DNA of 64,000 nucleotides from Podarcis filfolensis. Its lineage: Eukaryota. The translations under genes and the position numbers were made by a program. Position 1 is the stretch's first letter. The number at the start of each line of letters is the position of its first letter. Below the pieces are notes generated by a model that saw only the letters and a list, made by a program, of their open reading frames with translations, was not told where the DNA came from and did no database searches. The DNA is taken from NCBI GenBank assembly GCA_964270895.1, contig OZ185440.1, one strand, 5' to 3'. This document shows, piece by piece, positions 27,388 through 41,867 of this stretch.

Positions 27388-29046
27388 CAAGTGTCAAAGG
27401 CCAGGTAAAGAGAGGTGTCTTCAGCATACAGTGGAAGCTATGCTGATGATAGATGCATCTCTGAGGGAGAGAATTCCATTATTTAGGGGTTGCCACAAAG
27501 CACTGGGGGTTATATTTACAGAGATAGGGAATCAGCCATTATGTGTTTTCTTTTTCCTATGATGCCTAGATGCAACCTGGCTCTTGCAAAGAACCTGAAA
27601 GAGTCTCATTTAAATGTCTGCTTCTTTCTCCCATACTCCATCTTAAGACTCTTACAAGATACAAACAAGGGTGGCTTGAATACTGTCCCTTGCCCCAGAC
27701 ATAGACAGGATTTATGTGGTTTTTTTGGGGGGGGGCAGAACCGAGCTATCTGTAATTGTGATTGGTCAGTTAAGTATTTTTATTTATTTACTTGATTTGG
27801 GGGGGGGGGTAGCTGCCCCTGCTTGGCTATCCCCCCCCCCCAGTTTTTAACTATCTAACCTAATGCAGAATTCCAGGGAACTCAAAACCTTGTGCACCAT
27901 TTTGTGACATTTTGGTTGGCATAATAAAAGCATTGCCCTAACATGTATTTTGGAATGTTACATTATGTTTTTAAAGAGCTTTTTTGACAGCTGTGTTATT
28001 TAATAGCTGAGATTTAATTACCTCAAACTGTCATTTATTCAAAGGAGGAGACATGAAACCCTTTTATTAAAAACAACATAGGAGACCCTAAAAGGTGAAA
28101 AACTTCATAGTTAAAAAGGTAAAAAAAAAGAAATTATAAGCTAAGAGGCTGATAATGTTAGTAGGAAACTGTATGTGTATGTTTTGCTGAAACACCATCT
28201 CAGGTTTCTCACTCTTCTGCCGCTATGTGGTTATTTGATCCTGGTTTAAATGTATTTCCCCACCAAATCTTCTAAATGCTGCAAACCAAATAGAGCCTTG
28301 CTTATGACCCAAGTTACCTCCTCACCTTTAGCTTACCTGTACTTCGGATGGTGTTGAATGGAATAGATCTAGTAATAATAACATAGCATGAAATTGGCAT
28401 TGGCACTGAGAGAATATCAAAAGTAATCTTATTCCCTTATATTTGCTTGTGTTCTTTTGGGGTCCTTTTCTTTATCCTATCTTTATGATAAATGATTTTC
28501 ATACAGCGTAATTTTTATGATAGGCATGAAAACTGAGAACCTCTGGGTTTATCAGTTTCAGGAACCAAAAGTATATCACATTTCATGAACAGAGTACATG
28601 CATTTTGCCTGTTTGTAGTTATGAATATAAATGAAACCACATTTTATCTACATCCCCTAATGGCAGAGTGGGAAATTATTGTTATGAGATGGAATCTACC
28701 TTCACACTTCAAGCATGGTTATCTGTTGCTGCAAAGCACCAAAGGATACCTGCGAACTCTCACCATATCAAGGTGTTAAGCCTCATCAAATGGACTGTTC
28801 TTTGGCCTCTTAGAATCCTGCTGGTATCCAATATAGCAGAAATAATTTCCATCTGGTTTTTCAGAGCACTGAAGAGCTTGTTAACATTGCCTGCTGATCA
28901 TATGTCACCTCTCCTTTTCTTCCATTTTTAGCTGCGCTGAAGAGCCACAGTCTATATAGTTTCAGAAAGTTGAGTTTTATCAGCTGATTAGTTTTTGCAC
29001 AACTTTGAGTACCTCACTTACAAACTAAACTCAAAGTGTTGCTGTT

Positions 29047-29049
<3 letters not shown>

Positions 29050-29087
<38 letters not shown>
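29050..29087. repeat. (CA)n microsatellite
   Basis: Direct reading. Confidence 0.95.
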
Positions 29088-29088
<1 letters not shown>

Positions 29089-29467
29089 ACTGCCAATAGT
29101 GGATTATTTATTTACATAGTTACAGTTGTACACTTGAAAATGTAGTGAAAAAGGTAATAGGTCTTTTCCATTAGGGCTGAATGGAAACATCCAAACATAT
29201 CAGCAATTGGATATCATGAAGATTTCAGAATAAAGTTTCCACTTGTTTGGTATCAGTGATGTTGAGATGCCCCAGTTCAAATATATACAAATATTTTATT
29301 TGTGCATTTATTCATTTCTTGGAATTTATCATTGCTCATATCTGCTTCCTAAATACTTCATTGATTTTTTTTAAACTCAGCATTGATACTTGGATGTTGG
29401 TCAATCTTTGTGTTGTCTAGAATTTTTGTGGTTTCTGCTATATTTCTGCATGCCTCACGCTTGGTTG

Positions 29468-29470
<3 letters not shown>

Positions 29471-29523
<53 letters not shown>

Positions 29524-29530
29524 TGTGTGT
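29471..29530. repeat. Compound (CT)n(GT)n microsatellite
   Basis: (CT) 29471-29506 followed by (GT) 29507-29530. Confidence 0.95.
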
Positions 29531-29880
29531 TTGTTAGTGTGTGTGTCTTTCACAAACACACACCACTCCCCTCTAAAGTGCCAGTGGTTCCTTGAAAAGC
29601 ATTGTTCTATTCCTGATGCAAGATGGCTGGAGCTCTGCTATCACTATGGATATTGTGATAGAATACTAGTAGAGTTGGTCTTATCATGGAGGCATTATAA
29701 GATCTGGGGAGGGATTTGCATTTATCTTTACTGGATGTAGAATGAGTATTTCTGTCAACTTAATTTCCACTGTAAATTTTAAAACTCTTCTTTGGAAGTA
29801 GGCTTGCCATCTACTTATGTGCTAATAACTTTTAAGGACCCAGACATGGCACAACATGAACAATATGGTCTATGTAAATA

Positions 29881-30095
29881 CAGTGGTACCTCGGGTTACA
29901 GACACTTCAGGTTACAGACTCCACTAACCCAGAAATAGTACCTCAGGTTAAGAACTTTGCTTCAGGATGAGAACAGAAATCATGCAGCGGCAGCAGGAGG
30001 CCCCATTAGCTAAAGTGGTACCTCAGGTTAAGAACAGCTTCAGGTTAAGAACGGACCTCCAGAACGAATTAAGTTCTTAACCCGAGGTACCACTG
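29881..30095 (+). mobile_element. Tc1/mariner (Tigger/pogo-like) MITE, family A, 215 bp
   Basis: TIR CAGTGGTACCTCGGGTTA (18 bp, perfect) with TA on both flanks. Confidence 0.9.
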
Positions 30096-33079
30096 TATAG
30101 GGTTTGGTATTCTGCCATTCCTTATAGAGGGAGTTGGGACTATCTTCAGCTTGATACTTTTAAGGAATCATATATCTCCCTGTTTCCTCTTTCTTGTAAT
30201 AAAAATCTTGTGCCAGCCATTCAGTTTCAAATTCATGGTTTTTCCTTTAGGCTTCCTCGATCGTTCTACAGTGGTCTTACATGATTATTCTCATAGATAA
30301 GACATCTTGTTGAAAGGTGATTATAATAACAATTACCCCTACTTTGACCACTAAAGCCTAATCTTCATCTTAATATAAAAAAGCTAAAAAGGACAAAAAA
30401 AAAATACCACAAACCGTTACAAAGTTCTGCTTGAGTTACTTTTCAATTACAGTGGGTGAAGCAGAACGAAATTGTTACAGCCACTTATTGATTGTGTTGC
30501 TATCCGTTAAGGTACAACAGAAGAAGTCCATCATATTGTGTAACAACTCAACTATTTAAAATAACAAAGACTTCCTTTTGTTTTACTTTCTTTTGCCTTT
30601 CTTTTGCCATTATCCTGACAAATACATTTTGCTTCAGTGCCACAATCAAATTCAAGAATCATAATGAAGAAATTTTGTATTAGAGTTGACATTTCTTCTT
30701 CTTACTTACAAAATCCTTCTGTGTTTGCATTCAATTTGAGCAGCTGAAGCAGAACAAAGGTAATGAAATATATTAATTACATTAATGATGTTTTAGTGAA
30801 ACTGGCTGCCTCCTAAAGAGACTGCATATATGAACTATAAGTGCAGATCCTATCTGTAGGCAAGTGATTAAAAGCCACCATGTTGTAGTTATAATTATAG
30901 CTTCTTTTAATAGTTAAACTATGTCACTGGGATCCTTGAAGATTTGATAACAAAGAGCAAAATCTTAGCCCTTGAGCTGGGGAAATGTTCAACCTCTGTG
31001 AAACCTCAGGGTTGCACTGAGTGAGATCTGAGCTATATAGAATTAAACATACTCTTTGACTTCCAGTTGCTTAGGACTCATTGCCTGCATTCTTCATTAG
31101 ATCTCTTACTCATATGGGACACTATGAAAAAAACCAAAAACATTCATTGTGAACTGGGCTGTCCATGGATACAGTCCATTAAAGTCAGCAAATGTTGTCA
31201 TAGATATTGCTATCTAGCATGCTTAATCTTGAAGTGATGTGGGAGACACACACAAATTGAACATATCAAGTGGTGTGCTTTCAAGCTGCTAGGTTGGCAG
31301 GGGACATATCAACAGTAGAGCTGTTCACCAGATTCACCCAACGTCCAAGTTATATAGGGCATATTCAGACAGCATTAGACGAGATGGGTATACAGAGACA
31401 TAGACTGCTGAAAGTCAGGTTTGATTGGCCCAGAGCAATCCATGGCTCTCAGGGGTGAGGGTGGAGGTGCATCTGTGAGAAAGAAGAATCAGGCAAGATG
31501 GTGTGTGCGGGGGGGTGAGACCTGCCAGAACAATGACTGTGTCTTCCCAGGAGAAACAAGGCCCAATCGATCCCATGGGATGCGGGTACTGGGATGCAAG
31601 TGGATTGCGGTGGCCAGCACCATGCAGGATTGGATCCTCCCACTTTTAAAGAGGAGGATTCAATATTTTGTTGTGCCAGTACAGCGCACGCTTTTAAAAA
31701 CCCTATTTTAACTGTATGTTGAGTCTCCATCTGCAGATTATGTATATTTGCCAGGAAATGTATGAAAGAAGTCGATGAATTTATATTCTCCAGCATTTGA
31801 AATATTTATATACTGTCCTTCATCAGAAATTTATTCCAGGCTGGTTCACAATAATGCTGCAGTTGAAAATGCCCAGATATTGATTGGACTATGCACAAAA
31901 ATCCCTATTTATGGTTTCTATTTTTTTATACCTATTCTTCATGCCTTAATGTAAATGTGCACAATTGCTGGTGTTAGTGCATTTTTCTCAATTCAACTCA
32001 CAAACGCAGTAGGTTTGCACAGCTTGTGAAATCAATGACCAGCTGAATACACATAACCCCCCAAAAGTCTTAGGTATGAGCTTGTTTGACACATACAATG
32101 ATATGTTCATTGGAAATGATTACTAAGTGCCCTGATTCCTAAAATATTTGGGTTCATATTCTGTTTTCACTTTTATGTCCACATATCTTATTTTTGAGTC
32201 ATTTAAATAAGAGACATATTATGGAGCTCTGTCATTTAAGCAAAATTGCTATTCTGCCATCCATAAAATTGCTTGCATCTCATGGACACCTCTGACTTAT
32301 TCCAATTGGTTATTACATATGTTTGCTTCTGTTTCAAAAAATATGAAAGTGGAAAAAATGCTTTAAAATTCAGGTCACAGAATCTGGCAGAGAAACACAT
32401 TTTCAAAATGATGTTTTACTTAGTGGTCTTTCTCTGTCTCTCAATTATTGGCTGAGTAACAAAAAATACTTGACAATTCTTCACCAATCTCTGGGACAAT
32501 TCAGATGCTTGAATTAGCCAGTAGGTTAAAAAAAAGGGGGGGATTAAGCATCAAGGCTTCTCTGTTAATCTAGCCATTTGAATATATTTTCATAGCAGCC
32601 AATGCCAGAGCTGCCAATATACAGAAATGGAACTAGGAAAAAAATTGACAGAACTCCAAAATCTAAAATTAAAGTTGCGCAGTCTGATTTACATTTCAAA
32701 TGCAAATAAAAAAGACCCAAGCAATTGAACACCTATTGCTCTTACTGTTATCAGTTTAAACAGATAATTAACTATCTGATAAATGTTGCTAACTTATGGA
32801 ATTCAGTGTCAATATAAAACCATATGTTTGGAAACAGTGGGTGATATCCTGCTAAACCATACTTACAGTAGACCCATTGAAAATAATTAACTTAATTGGT
32901 CAAGTCTATTCATCTCAATGAATACTCTTAGTACAACTTAGTTGGATTTTTAGGCTGCAATCCTATGCAAGTTTGCCAGAGAGCACACACCATTGAACAT
33001 AATGGGACTTCTTCTGATTGAAACAAGCATAGGATTGCACTGTAACTCAGTAAAATCATATAATTTAAATCTCTAGAAA

Positions 33080-33285
33080 CAAAGCTTTCCAAACATTTCA
33101 TGTTGGTGACACCCTTTATAGACATACATCATTTCACAACACAGTAATTCAGTTTTATTAGCAAACTGGAGGTTAAACTAACCCCTTTCCAGCCCCAGGA
33201 AGAGTGTGGGGAGTGTTTGCATGACAAACCTACACACTGCACCCAACATAATAACGTGTCATGACACACAGTTTAGAAAACTCTG
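33080..33285. mobile_element. hAT-like non-autonomous element
   Basis: Termini CAAAGCTTTCCAAAC and GTTTAGAAAACTCTG form imperfect TIRs starting CAG/CAA. Confidence 0.5.
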
Positions 33286-34545
33286 CTTTAGTATGTAATC
33301 TCTAAGCATTTTTGCCGTCGCCTCATAGGACCAAAATCAGCTCCAGTTCTGCCTAATATAGGCCATAGTATATTTTATTTATTTACAAAATATGTTTATA
33401 TACCATGATCTGACTCTGGTTTTTAGCTTGAAAGAAATGTGGACAGAGTTGAAAGATAAATAAATAGCTAGTCCAGCTTTTTCACTACGCAATTATTAAA
33501 CAGTATGTCTATGTCCTATGTCCTTTATGATCCATCCTTATTTTCTCAACAGTTTACTGGCTCTTGACCAAAATGAATGGGAGCATATGTATCTGTACAG
33601 ATTCTGTCTGTTAACATATATTTAGTTGTTGAGCCTTTGGCATTTAGTTGCATTCTTCCCCCCATTTGTAGTATCAAATTTCTCTAGGTAGCATGGTTAC
33701 TATTGTACCCGAGGAAGTGCAGCTAGCAGTTGAGTTTATTTCAGAACACTTCCTTGCGTGTTCTTGAAAATAGGTCATTTTTCTCCAGTGGGAATTGCAG
33801 TAGGTTTCTCTAACATGGCAAACATTCAGCACATGGTCCACAGGCAGAAAGAAAGATGTTTCTGCTAGCTTTTCCTCTGATTAAAATGTGTCCCAAGTTG
33901 GGGGTCAGCCAAGTTGCTAAACTTGTCGGAAGAGTATTTCTCAGATGAAACTACAGTTTTTTAAAAATCATAAACTATGATTATGATGGCCATGTCATAA
34001 AGACTTTGCCTACAACCAAGCAAGTAATTATTCAGAACTGTCTGTTACATTGAAGAGACCATAGATTGCTCCATTGCCTGGCTTTCTGAACAGATATTAG
34101 TTCTAAACCATTGAGTACTATCACAAATTAACCACTGTACCAGAAGGGCAAAGTTAAGAGATGTTGATCCCAATGGGAAAAGATTGACTAGTTTCTGTGT
34201 TGATGTGGAATGTTAGCCTCCTGCTTTTTAGCCAGAAAGAAGAGTGGGAATAACTTTCTACTTGAAAGTCAGAAAGGAACTTGAGTATGAACAGGAGAGT
34301 CTTGTATACTGATGTTATGCCTATTTCGATGATTTTTAGATATTTGCTAGGGGTGGGATGTGTGCCCCTTTGTGATTAAAACCCTGGGATAGAGTGGAAC
34401 AGACTGTCACATTTGTCCAAACCATCTCTAGGTTGCTGTCCACCAACCCCCTTTCTCTCATTCAAATAAACTTCTAAGCTTGTCAATTATGCTGAGTTAA
34501 TTCTAATATTTGGAAGAAATAGTCAAAAGGTTAGATCCAACCAAG

Positions 34546-34628
34546 TTCTACTTGCAGTAGGCCCAATGAAATTAATGGACTTGAATACCTTACGTCCATT
34601 AATTTGAATGGGTCTACACCGAGTAGAA
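34546..34628. repeat. Imperfect 35-bp inverted repeat with 13-nt loop (palindromic repeat family)
   Basis: Arms 34546-34580 and 34594-34628. A related degenerate copy lies at about 32866-32945. Confidence 0.7.
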
Positions 34629-37346
34629 CACAGCCCAACGTGCACAATACTTAAATACAAAAGTATTACAAAAATGGAGAATGTGTAAGTCAGGGATAGC
34701 CAGCATGCTTCCCTCCAGAGGTTGTTGGACCCCAAATCCCAGCAGCCCCAGCCAGCATGGTCCTGGAGGGCACTACATTGACTGCCTCTAGCGTAAGTCA
34801 TTAACAGAGACTTCGCTACCACTCACATTCTCTTTTGTACAGTTATTTCCTTCCTAGTCCCACCTGCCTGTTTTTGTATGCATAGCAGTCTTCCCCAACC
34901 ACAAGGGATGGGGGTGGTAAAACTTGAATTCATGCTAATTTTTAAAAATCAGATTTGAAATTCAGAATACGAAGACATATAACAGTTAGTTCCACCCATT
35001 TTAAAAGAACGTTGGGTTCATTAAGGAAAATCTTTGGGTACCATTTACTTGTCCTAATTTTGTTTACATTGAATAGGATTTTGTTTGTTTATTGTTGATA
35101 GCAATTGCAGAGCTTTAATCTTCCAAGCTGATGTTCCTGTACCTCTTATTTCATATGGGGTGTTGAGATATAGTAGTTTTCATTAAAATAAAATTGTTGA
35201 CAGACGTTGCCTGTAATTTAAGTTAGGAAGGGTATGTAGGCTCTTTGTACAGCCTAAATAAACTTTATTTTGTATCTGTACTCTAAAATATGAAATGACA
35301 GGCAACACATGGTCTGTAAATTATAGGACACAATGGTGCAAGGACATATGGTGATAAAATTGAAGCAATTTCAAAGTACAGCCATATCAACCATTTCCCA
35401 ATTCACCCTCGTAATCACAAGCATGTTGCTTGCTTTGGAATGGCATCCTTAGTTATATTGCTTTCACATGCTTCATGTGGTCTCTGTTAAAAATCTGTCT
35501 ATGCGGGAGACTCACTATATTAATTTGCTTTGTTTTAAATCTTTATTTTTATTTCATGTCTTGTCTCTAGAGAGAGATTATTCTGTGCCTTGATCCTCCA
35601 GCGATTTAAATATGTGTAATGCAGGGCATGTACTACCATCCTTAGGAAGCTTAAACCACATTTATTACTCTTCCCTTCATAACAGTAATGTCAAATGCAA
35701 AGTTCTGTAGCATGCCTGTGGGTATTCTAGGTGCTGTGACACTTCCCTTGAATTTTGCTTAGATCCTAATGAAGTCTTTTCAAGTTTTTCTCCTATGTGT
35801 GTTCTAATTATTGGATGTTTCATAAGGGATCAAAAAACTTGCACAGAAAGATCATTTGTTGCAAAGTGTGTGTGTGTGTGGTGTATTTTCACTTCTTTGG
35901 GAGATTTAATTTAATCAGGATAAAGGCACTCGCATCTTCTAGCTATCCAGAGACCCTAAAGTTTCAGCTATTCATGGTAAATTCAGATGAGCTGCCATTA
36001 ATCCCTGTTGTTATTTCCTATCAGAAACATATATTTCCACTCACTTTTGTGATACTGCAAGAACATCATTCAGTTGTCTCCTATTTTTTCTGCCATTTGA
36101 CCTCTGTCTACCTTCCCAGTCATTAGGTCTTATTCACAATTAGAGAGAAGAGAGAGATGCTTCTTAAACACCTCTCTCTTCTCTCTAATTGTTAATCATG
36201 ATAACAAGTTAGGTGTATAGGTACAAAAGCTACTGTATTTTTTATTATCCCAATAGGATGGTTTTCATCAAAGAATCAGATGAACAGCTCAAATAGCTGT
36301 ACCAAGAATTTATATTGTTCATGCTGTTAACTCTAGGATAGTGTCAGAGTATCTTTGATCCATATATCTTAATTTGCATAATATAAAGACTGATTCTTCT
36401 GAGAAGAATCAGTCACAACAGAAGGTCACCTGGAAATATATAAAAGCTTCACAACCTGGTTCTTTTACAACGCTCTGTGCAACTTTCACAGCCTTGAAGG
36501 ATTGATGAACAGAACTCGAAATATATTAAAATTAAAATTCCATCAAGGTATTCTACCTAATTATATATGAAGTATCACCTTGATTGATTGATTGACAAGT
36601 GGTAAATGAGCACAGAAGAAAGCCCAGAGACATTTCCCCCTGGAAAACATAATGTGAACTAATATATCAGCTGGTGGCATTAGTTTTACTAGTTTTTTTC
36701 CTGGTCATTTCATTTGCTTCTGCCAGAATTCTGGGATCTTTATAGTACAGACTGTTCAGTTTATTTTCATAATAGTTCTTTCAAAGTCTTTTGAATGATC
36801 AAAAGAAATAAGGAAGGTCAAACTGCATTAAGTCACAACTATGAAAGGGAAAAGATAGGATGTGAAGCTAGGAAAACTTCATCACCTAATCCTGTGAATT
36901 ACGGTGTTTGGGTTCCAGTGTACCAGTAAGGCGGTTGTTACCAATGGCACTGCTGTACAAGGTTACATCCATAACTTTTGCAAATTGAAGCTGAGATTTA
37001 GGATGGGACAAGGGACATTTAGCACAAGGATGGTCCAGCAGCAGCAGGTAACGCTAGAAAGAGACAACAGCATCTAAAATAAGAAAGGAGATAGAGCACA
37101 GTAGTTGAAACCTGAAAGGGGAGGAAAGGTAGAGCAGGGAATGTATGCTGCAGAATGTATGCTCAAGTGTGGGTATGTGTGTGCATATACTGTGGCAGAA
37201 CATTTGTCCATCTAGCTCTGTAATATCTACATAGGTAAACTGATGTAATACAACTCCCATCAGCCTCAGGTAGCATAGCCCAGTAGTCAGGGCTGCTAGT
37301 TGTTGTAGTCCAGCCTATATGGAGGATACCCGGTTGCCTACTCCTG

Positions 37347-37468
37347 GTCTACACTGACTGGCAACAGCTTTCCAAGGTTCCACAGTTTTTCCTGACCCCA
37401 GCTGGAGATACCAGAGATTGAACATGCAATCTCTTGCATATGAAACATGCACACTATAACTGAGCTCT
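37347..37468 (-). mobile_element. Degenerate Squam3/MIR-related SINE fragment
   Basis: gtctacactgactggcaacagc...ggagataccagagattgaac...ctgagct. Same family as 50531-50710. Confidence 0.55.
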
Positions 37469-39022
37469 GTCCACAACCGACACCATTTAGTTGCACTCAG
37501 TACAATTGTGAAATGCCATTATTTATTATGATTTTCACTGCACAATTTTACTAAAAAGTAGAGGTAAGCTACCCTGCTTTGGGCAGCAAAATGCCCTGCA
37601 TTGGCCCAAGTGCAATACTGTGGAAGGAATTGGACAATTGAATTGTACAGTGCCTGGCCCTAAAATAGGATGTCAGTATATCCAAGAGATCTTTGGCACC
37701 TGTTATTTAGAGGAGTAGATGCATTCTAGAGTACAGCTAAGATTTACTGCCATGCCAATTTGCAAAGCCTGGAATCTGCAGTTCAGAATGATCTGGTTAG
37801 CTGGTGTCACTAAAGGTTCAACATTGTATCCTAATTAGGTTAGAAATAGGATGTCTGCATCAAACCTTACTCCTACACATGCTTATTAAGATTCTATTCA
37901 CACACCTACAGAGATGATTCCATAATTTGCTATAGCAAAAATTTACACAGCCCTTCTTCTTTCTGGAGTGACAGTGGTGTGTCTGTGACTGAGCTTTTGC
38001 TGGCCAACTTAATCTGCCTGGTTGCAGTTTAAAGCTATATTTTTGTTTTGTTTTTTCCTTTAGTAGACCTGATAAAGTACTGTTCTGCCTCCTCTTACAG
38101 CTAAACTATATGTGTCACCAGTGCATCACTGCAAGTACTAGGAATCTTTAAAAACAAACAAAAAACCTATCCACCAATCCACATGAAGGTGACACAAAAA
38201 CTCCGTACAAACACTATGCAAAAGAATGAAAGATCATTACCCCCTTCTTTCTCCCACCTCTTTCTCCCCACTTCTCCCTCCCCACAACCTCATAATGCCT
38301 ATGATAGCAGTGTCTCACACCCAATGTAACTGACCTGTAGAAAGGACTCTATGAACTGAAAACAGAGACGTTTGTATGCTCCCTTTCATTCTCTTCATTC
38401 TTCTGGCAACTGTCTCCTTATTAAGCCAACCACACTGTGCACTTTCTCATTTCCCCTCTTTGTTATCAATTTGTAACTCCTTGAAATATCTTCTTACTGA
38501 TGTTTGTTCTGCCACTTCTTTATTTATGCTCACATAACTAATTTTTCCCCTCAGGCTTTCTCTGACTTATTTGCTCTTTTGTTGCTGTGCTTTGTAACTT
38601 CCTGCCCCTCCCATTACCTACTGAAAGACAAACCTAGATGGGAGTTAAGCCTGTTACACTGTCCGTAGCTACCAGCGCAGTCCTTTAGAATCAAGTCTGC
38701 TCCTATCTGCATTGTTTCATTCTGGACTCTGTTTCTTGGTCAAGCTTATGCATGGTAGGCTGTTGAAAGACTAAGGCAGAATTATTATTTCATTGTATTA
38801 TCTGCCCTTCACTGTAAGGTCCCATGGCAGATTACAACAATTTAAAACAGAATATATCAACACAACAGATTGTGGTTTGGAGTCATGGTCTCACCAGCAA
38901 GATAGGGGAGCTGTCCAGCTGAGAACGAAGGCAAGTGCCAGATCTTAGTACAAGACATGACTGCTGAAACACAGCAGTGGTGTGTCTATAAGACAGCTAT
39001 AACAAGGAGCTGAGTGGTACAT

Positions 39023-39143
39023 AAAATCATAGAGTTGGAAGGGAGCCTGAGGATCATCAAGGCAGGAATATGCAGTTTCTCATATGGGGATCAAACCTGC
39101 AACCTTGGCATTATCAGCACCATGCCCTAACCAACTGAGCTAC
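39023..39143 (-). mobile_element. Short SINE with tRNA-Ile-like head and CR1 tail (Squam2-like)
   Basis: Minus strand reads GTAGCTCAGTTGGTTAGGGCATGGTGCTGATAATGCCAAGGTTGCAGGTTTGATCCCC (tRNA-Ile-like, CpG-decayed), then ...CCCTTCCAACTCTATGATTTT. Confidence 0.7.
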
Positions 39144-41453
39144 TCATGTATTGCACCAGCCAGGCGGAAACTGAGGGCTCTTTTGCAGATTTTGTGGAGC
39201 CACATTTTCTGCATCAGTGTAAACTATGCTCTGGAAGCACTTAACTTTCCAGGAACTAAGTTTGAAAAGGGGAAACTTTTTGCTGCAAAGTGAGCACCCC
39301 CAACTTGTAACTGGCTCTTTCTGGGTTCACAGCTTCCTTTGCCTTTGGTGTGTGGGACACCCTCTGACAAAAGAAAGTCCCAAGTTATGGCACTTATGTA
39401 CCTGAGTCCATGTTTTTGACGAAGTCCAATGGTAGGCCATTCTTCATAAGGGCTGACCTGGAGACCTGGCTATTAAAATCACATTGCTCCTGGTACCAGC
39501 ACATAACCTAGTCTGGGCTGGTGGGGCTCCCCGTCCTTTTCTAAGGAAGGTTTGTCCTATATGACTCGGGCTCTAGGAGCTGTCACATCCTGAAAGGAAC
39601 TTTTATTTATAGAGAGAAGTGATCAGTCCTTAAACAGTTGCATCAACTCACTCATAACAGATAGTAATTAGCATGAGTCTTATACGTGATACTATGGTTT
39701 CCATGAGTTTGTTGGGATGATGTATGCTGCACAGTGTGTTTCATGTTAAGATTGTATAATACATTTCTTACATTATGTAAGATTTTATGTATTGAAGTAC
39801 ACTGCCCTGAAATTGTCAGATGAAGAGTAGCTTAGAAATAACATGACAATAAGAATAAAAGTTTAGATGAGAGAAACTAGAAATTAGAAAATGCAAGCCA
39901 TCAATAAATACTTCACACATCAGAATATTCCAAGGTTTAAATAAGTCATCAGCAAACAACTAGGAACCAACGTGTAAATTTATATTGAATTTAAATACTC
40001 AGCCTCTCTTACACTTCAGCTGTTACAGTGAAAAAGGTAATACACTATCTCCTTTCTCAAAATCATGAAGATGGCAAGGATGCCTTTCACAAAGTCAACA
40101 TGTCTGCAACATTGCCTTCCTCCCCTGCCCTCCTCATTGACTCTTATTTTCTCACCAGTTTGGACAAAGCTGTAGCTTAAGTCTGTATGTGCTTCAAAAT
40201 ATCTGAGTGCTGTGTTTTGCATACAACATTATAAAGGAATGGTTATACCAAGAGTCTGTGTAGAGGCATCAGAATTTGATTATATGTAGAATGTAATCTC
40301 AGTACTGCACTATCCTCACAGAACAGTGTATTGCAAGAATATTCCAATTGATATTCTGAGTGGTGTATTTCTCTTCAATCATCCTCCTGAATACTATTCC
40401 AACCAGGAGATGATCAGAATACTGAACTGAATCAAAATGTATACATTAAATTGCTTATTTAAATGTCTGGCTTTGATGTTTGTAGAGAATTTAAATAGCG
40501 GGCAGCATATTCTGAGTTTTGTTTGATGAGTAAGAGATGCTACTAACAGCAGAGATTATAAATGCACATAACATGCTGCAAATGTGGAAAAATGCAGATT
40601 TTTGCTATTAGTTTTCACAGCTGCATTTGCATAATATCACTCCAAAGGCTGCATGCCGTCCCATGTAGGAGCCATCATAAAACATATTAATGTTAGCATC
40701 ACTTTTTAAAGATATCTTTAAAAATTCTGTTTTGGGTTTGTGAAAAAATAAATGCCAGTGTTATTAAAAACTTGCAGAGGTCCCCCCCTCTTCTTTTAGA
40801 AACCAATAAAGGCACACAAGAATGCTCAATTTTTGAAAAGGCGATGCTGGGTCTGTATAAATCACACCCTTCTACCTATAAATTATTTTCTCAATCCTAG
40901 TGATGATGTGGCTATTTGCAATTCAGTACTGAACAAAAGGCTCCCCCTTCTTTATTGTTACTGCACATTTTCCAGAGTTGAGCTCTATAACTGAAAACAG
41001 GATTTAATAGAAATTGGTCCTGGTGATCTCTGACTCATGTTAAGATTTTTCATGGACCTAATTTTAGTGTCACTTCAGGAATTGCTGGTAGCCCCTCAGA
41101 GTGGTGATCCTAAAAGCCTAAAAGCACCTTCCACTTGGCTTGCCTGGTTCTGCCAGTCCAAGCACCTCCCCAGCTTCTGAGCTCTGTCTATCATAAGAGT
41201 GACTGGCTAATCAATGTAAACATCTGCAAAGGCCTGCCAGCATAAAAATGTCAAGAGACACCTGGAAGTCAAGAGTGAGGATGCCTGCCAAATCCCTGCT
41301 GGCAGAGTGTTCCATGGCATGGGACTGGCGAGAGTAAATGCTCAACTTCTCCTGGAGGCTCTGTAACATGGAGGACAACTCCAGAGAGAATGCATGCCAA
41401 CAATAAATTCTCTGTAGGGATGAGCAGTTTTGCTCCGTCCTGTTCTGTGTTTT

Positions 41454-41858
41454 GTTGTCGTTTAGTCATTTAGTCGTGTCCGACTCTTCGTGACCCCATG
41501 GACCAGAGCACGCCAGGCACTCCTGTCTTCCACTGCCTCCCGCAGTTTGGTCAAACTCATGCTGGTAGCTTTGAGAACACTGTCCAACCATCTCGTCCTC
41601 TGTCGTCCCCTTCTCCTTGTGCCCTCCATCTTTCCCAACATCAGGGTCTTTTCCAGGGAGTCTTCTCTTCTCATGAGGTGGTCAAAGTATTGGAGCCTCA
41701 GCTTCATGATCTGTCCTTCCAGAGAGCACTCAGGGCTGATTTCCTTCAGAATGGATAGGTTTGATCGTCTTGCAGAGACTCTCAAGAGTCTCCTCCAGCA
41801 CCATAATTCAAAAGCATCAATTCTTCGGCGATCAGCCTTCTTTATGGTCCAGCTCTCA
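41454..41858 (-). mobile_element. 5'-truncated RTE-BovB LINE with 9-bp TSD
   Basis: Open minus-strand frame ESWTIKKADRRRIDAFELWCWRRLL...GVTKSRTRLND* is the BovB RT C-terminus. TSD CTGTGTTTT at 41445-41453 and 41859-41867. Confidence 0.92.
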
Positions 41859-41867
41859 CTGTGTTTT

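Noticed and set aside
29383-29740. ORFs with SLSLSL/CVCVCV runs (also 27202-27408, 48401-48789, 63466-63867)
   Set aside because: Translations of dinucleotide microsatellites.
39075-39143. tRNA-Ile gene
   Set aside because: No intact acceptor stem, CpG-decayed, and fused to a CR1 tail. It is a SINE head.
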